The position numbers and the translations under genes are program-made. Below the pieces are notes generated by a model. The model ran no database searches, was not told where the DNA came from, and saw only the letters and a list, made by a program, of their open reading frames with translations. Below are positions 55,613 to 64,000 of a stretch of DNA of 64,000 nucleotides, in pieces. This DNA is from the human T2T-CHM13v2.0 reference genome, Homo sapiens. Within the stretch, counting starts at the first letter, position 1; the number at the start of each line of letters is the position of its first letter. The stretch is from the NCBI RefSeq assembly GCF_009914755.1, contig NC_060940.1. One strand, written 5' to 3'.

Positions 55613-56416
55613 CTAAAAAATAAGGTACATACTTTAATTCCCTCCCTACCCCCATTTTATTGTTGAGAATCTAGGTTTGGAGGGGTTAAATAACACAGCA
55701 GTGGTGGAACAGGAATTCCAACCCCAGTCTTTCTGACACAGGCCATAGTAGACAGCAGTCTGAGGTTTTAAACCCAGATCTCTTAAGCACCAACCAAGCA
55801 CCTTTGGGATTGTCAGTAAACCTCTCTGAGCGCATTTTCTCAAGGAAAAACAAAGATGATCAGATTCTTTGCCTCAAGTACCTTTCTGATTGTTAAATAT
55901 GACAGCACATGTGAAGGCCTTTATGAACCATCTCCGACCTCTCTAGTACCCTCTGGAAGCAGGCAGGGACAGTATGTTCACTTAAGAGTCATTCAATAGA
56001 TATGTGTCCAATGCATGAAGTTCCGATGTTTGAATCTTCAGAAGTGCATTGTTATCATTCGATCAGATGCCTCTGTTTCATTTCTCATGGCTCAAAAGGT
56101 CAGTTCTTTTAAGATGGAGGAGGCAATAGTCTCTTTTTAAAATGTCACTTTGACTGAGTGCTGTCAAGTAATTTTCCTTGGCATATCTTTTTCTGTGACC
56201 GGCTGTTTAATAGGAGTTTCCACGAATCCATGAAACAAGACAGCCAAGGGGAAATTTCTCTCTTATAGTCTTTTTTTGCTGTTGGCTTAAAAAAGCCCCA
56301 AAGTGGCTGGGCATGCCTGTAATCCTAGCACTTTGAGAGGCTGCAGCGGAAGGATCGCTTGAGCCCAGGAGTTCAAGAACAGCCTAGGTAACATAGCAAG
56401 ATCCCTGTCTCTACAA

Positions 56417-56467
<51 letters not shown>
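56417..56467. repeat. (AAT)17 microsatellite in an Alu middle linker
   Basis: Perfect trinucleotide run inside the Alu at 56304-56632. Confidence 0.95.
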
Positions 56468-56505
56468 TAGTCGAGCACAGCAGTGTGTGCCTGTAGTCCC
56501 AACTA

Positions 56506-56658
<153 letters not shown>

Positions 56659-56711
56659 TTAGTAACATCGAAGATTGGGTCTGAGCATGGCTTACTCCTG
56701 CATGTGCCTCA

Positions 56712-56987
<276 letters not shown>

Positions 56988-57367
56988 CTAGAGAGAGAGG
57001 CTCCATCTCAAAAAAAAAAAAAAGAAGATTTAATAATTTTAAAGTGTTATCAGCCTTGATCTACTTGACTCATATAGAGTCAGGTAGATCTGGCCCAAGA
57101 TCTGTGAATAAAGGAACATCGTTCCTGACCACAAGCAGGGCCATGCTCCAACTCTTGCACAAAAGCACTTTTGTTTCACTCATGGTGGCCCCCATGATGG
57201 ACCTCACACTTCTCCCGATACTAGACTGCATTGCATAGTAACCTGCAATGCTCTTTCCTTCATCATCAGTTTCCAATTCTGATGTCACGATTTGGTTCAT
57301 GACATTCCTGATAGATTCTCTATGTCTATCAGGAAGGGTCCTAAAACTCTCAATAAAAGTAGTTCTA

Positions 57368-59724
<2,357 letters not shown>

Positions 59725-60654
59725 TAGCTCACTGCAACCCCCACCTCCACAGTTCAAGTGATTCTCCTGTCTCAGCCTCCTGAGTAACTGGGATTACAGG
59801 CGCATGCCACCGCGCCTAATTTTTTAATTTTTAGTAGAGATGGGGTTTCATCATATTGGTCAGGCTGGTCTCAAACTCCTGACCTCAGGTGATCCACCCG
59901 CTTCGGCCTCCCAAAGTGCTGGGATTACAGGCCTGAGTCACCAAGCCTGGCCAGCAGTTTTATTTCACTTTTATTTTAATAAGATTCCTGAACACCACAC
60001 AATCCTCGAATCGTGGTTGTTACCAAAAAATCAAGTACCAAGTGGCCGGGAAGCATTGTCCCAAATGCCTTTAAAGGCATATTCTCACAAATGTTCATCT
60101 TTCATGTACACTTGGCTTTAAAAGAACACATCAAATTTTACATCAACATAAAGGTATGTGAGTGATACACAAATGTGTTCTTGCACATCATTATAAGGCT
60201 ATTAGTTTGTTCTGTGCAAGCATATACACTAAGCTTAAATTTATCTTCTTCAAAAGCCACCTCTGCTCCTGCTATGAGGTTTTAGATCACCCAAGTTGTA
60301 CATTTCCTAAATCCCTCTTCAGTTCCCATTCCCATCCTGTTTTTGTGTAAATCCAAGTTTTCTCCTAAAACTTCTGTAGCATCTCTAGAAGATAAGTTCT
60401 CCCGACAATTCCAAGAAACCCACGAGTAAGGTACTTAAATATAACACATTTATGAGAAGGGTTGGCTTGTCCTCTGTGCTTTTCCTTCCTTCCTATAAAC
60501 ATGTGCAGACGGCAGGAAAGTACCCCCGCCTCCACCCCTCAACAGCGAAGCTTCTGAAGATCCCAACGGAAGGCATGGCAGCCATCTCCAATCATTCTTC
60601 TGTTTTTGATGTGTGGCTTTTGATGAGAGAACAGTGATATGAACACCCTTTGCA

Positions 60655-62381
<1,727 letters not shown>

Positions 62382-62458
62382 TTATCTGTTGACTGCCTGA
62401 GAAACATGAAGATCTTCAATGTTAGTACTTTTCTGTTCCTCCTTTCTTAGGTGGTCAT
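62382..62458 (-). CDS. CEP20: CEP20 (FOPNL/C16orf63) terminal exon, coding part
   Basis: Acceptor tttcag|AT GAC CAC..., translating to (D)DHLRKEEQKSTNIEDLHVSQAVNR*. Recognised as the CEP20 C-terminus. 77 nt = 2 nt + 25 codons, so the preceding intron is phase 1. Too short for the ORF track. Confidence 0.88.
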
Positions 62459-62719
62459 CTGAAATGCACAGAAACCAATGTTAATACTTATCCCAAGTCA
62501 AAACACACAGATAGGTAGACATAGCTACAAATATCTTAGGATGTTACATATTTAATATTCTATGAGTACTTTAGATGGTTTAGGACAATGAAAAAAACCC
62601 ATTATTTTTTAAACACTATTGAAGAAATCAGAGGCCAAGCGTGGTGGCTCACGCCTGTAATCCCAGTACTTTGGGAGGCCGAGGTGGGTGGATCACCTGA
62701 GGTCAAGAGTTATAGACTA

Positions 62720-62972
<253 letters not shown>

Positions 62973-63178
62973 TTATTCAAAAGAGTTTCTTGACTTTTTT
63001 TTTGAGTAGAGTACAACCTGCAGTAAACCCATGCATAAGTAGTTACAAACCTCTCTCTTACATGTAAGGAATGAAATTTGCAAGAAAGGACAAGGTGTTC
63101 AATCAGCATTTTGAGGGTTGCCAAAGCTCTTCAATTACAACACAATGAAAACCACTTCAAATAGATCACCTGAGGTCA

Positions 63179-63400
<222 letters not shown>

Positions 63401-64000
63401 CTAATGCAACAAAAATGTAATGCAAAAACTAGATTCTTGAGAATATATGAACCCCAAACACTTTCTACAACTGATAAAACATCTTTCTTGCAACAACTTT
63501 GATAATAGGAAAAAATATATACATAAATTTAGATAAGCTGCTAGAAAATGCAATTTTATCACTGGGTTTTCTAATTCTACAATGTGATTATACACACGCT
63601 TTATTAGTTCTCAGCTGCTTATTCTCAGTGCCAATACTACTTTAAGGGTCTGGAAAACAGATGGAAATCTCTCTCCCTTTATTTTAGGTAACTTTGCTGG
63701 ACAGAAAAAAAATTAACAATTTCCTCAGAAGGTAACAATTTTAGGTCTTCTAGAAAAGTGTTATAAAAAATGAAGTCTACTATGCTTGATAGATGTGCAA
63801 TAAAGTTAAGCTGATGACTGTCCCTATTATAAAAATCTGGTCTTTCATTTACAATAAAAATCTTCGCCAGGAATGTAGTCCCAGCTGTAGTCCCAGCTAC
63901 TTGGGAGGCTGAGGTGGGAGGATCACCTGGGCCTGTGAGGTCAAGGCTGCAGAGAGCCATGATTGTGTCACTGCACTCCAGCCTGGGAGACAGAGTGAGA

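Overview
This is human (primate) genomic DNA from the 16p13.11 region, identified from recognisable protein sequence. The minus strand carries the 5' half of MYH11 (smooth-muscle myosin heavy chain): non-coding exon 1 (~51875-51962), exon 2 with the start codon (32837-33198) and exon 3 (18182-18338). Its regulatory region includes a TATA box, two CCTCCC elements, three upstream CArG boxes and an intron-1 CArG. The last exon and 3'UTR of CEP20/FOPNL (~60655-62458) lie upstream on the same strand. Roughly a third of the window is Alu (about 75-80 copies by eye), with L1M, HAL1, MaLR, MER and MIR/L2 relics; most ORFs in the supplied track are Alu artefacts. I see no new protein-coding system. The best leads are: (1) an unexplained ~280-bp run of back-to-back hairpins between CEP20 and MYH11 (57058-57335); (2) exon phases that would make a CEP20->MYH11 read-through transcript in frame; (3) a human-specific AluYb8 with an old 5' end and no TSD; (4) an early BC200 retrocopy nested in a near-complete HAL1; (5) an old local duplication whose blocks are in permuted order; (6) a 30-bp promoter duplication carrying E-box and MRE-like motifs; (7) a possible translatable exon-2 circRNA. 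Repeat family names come from my recall of consensus sequences and need confirming with RepeatMasker/Dfam.
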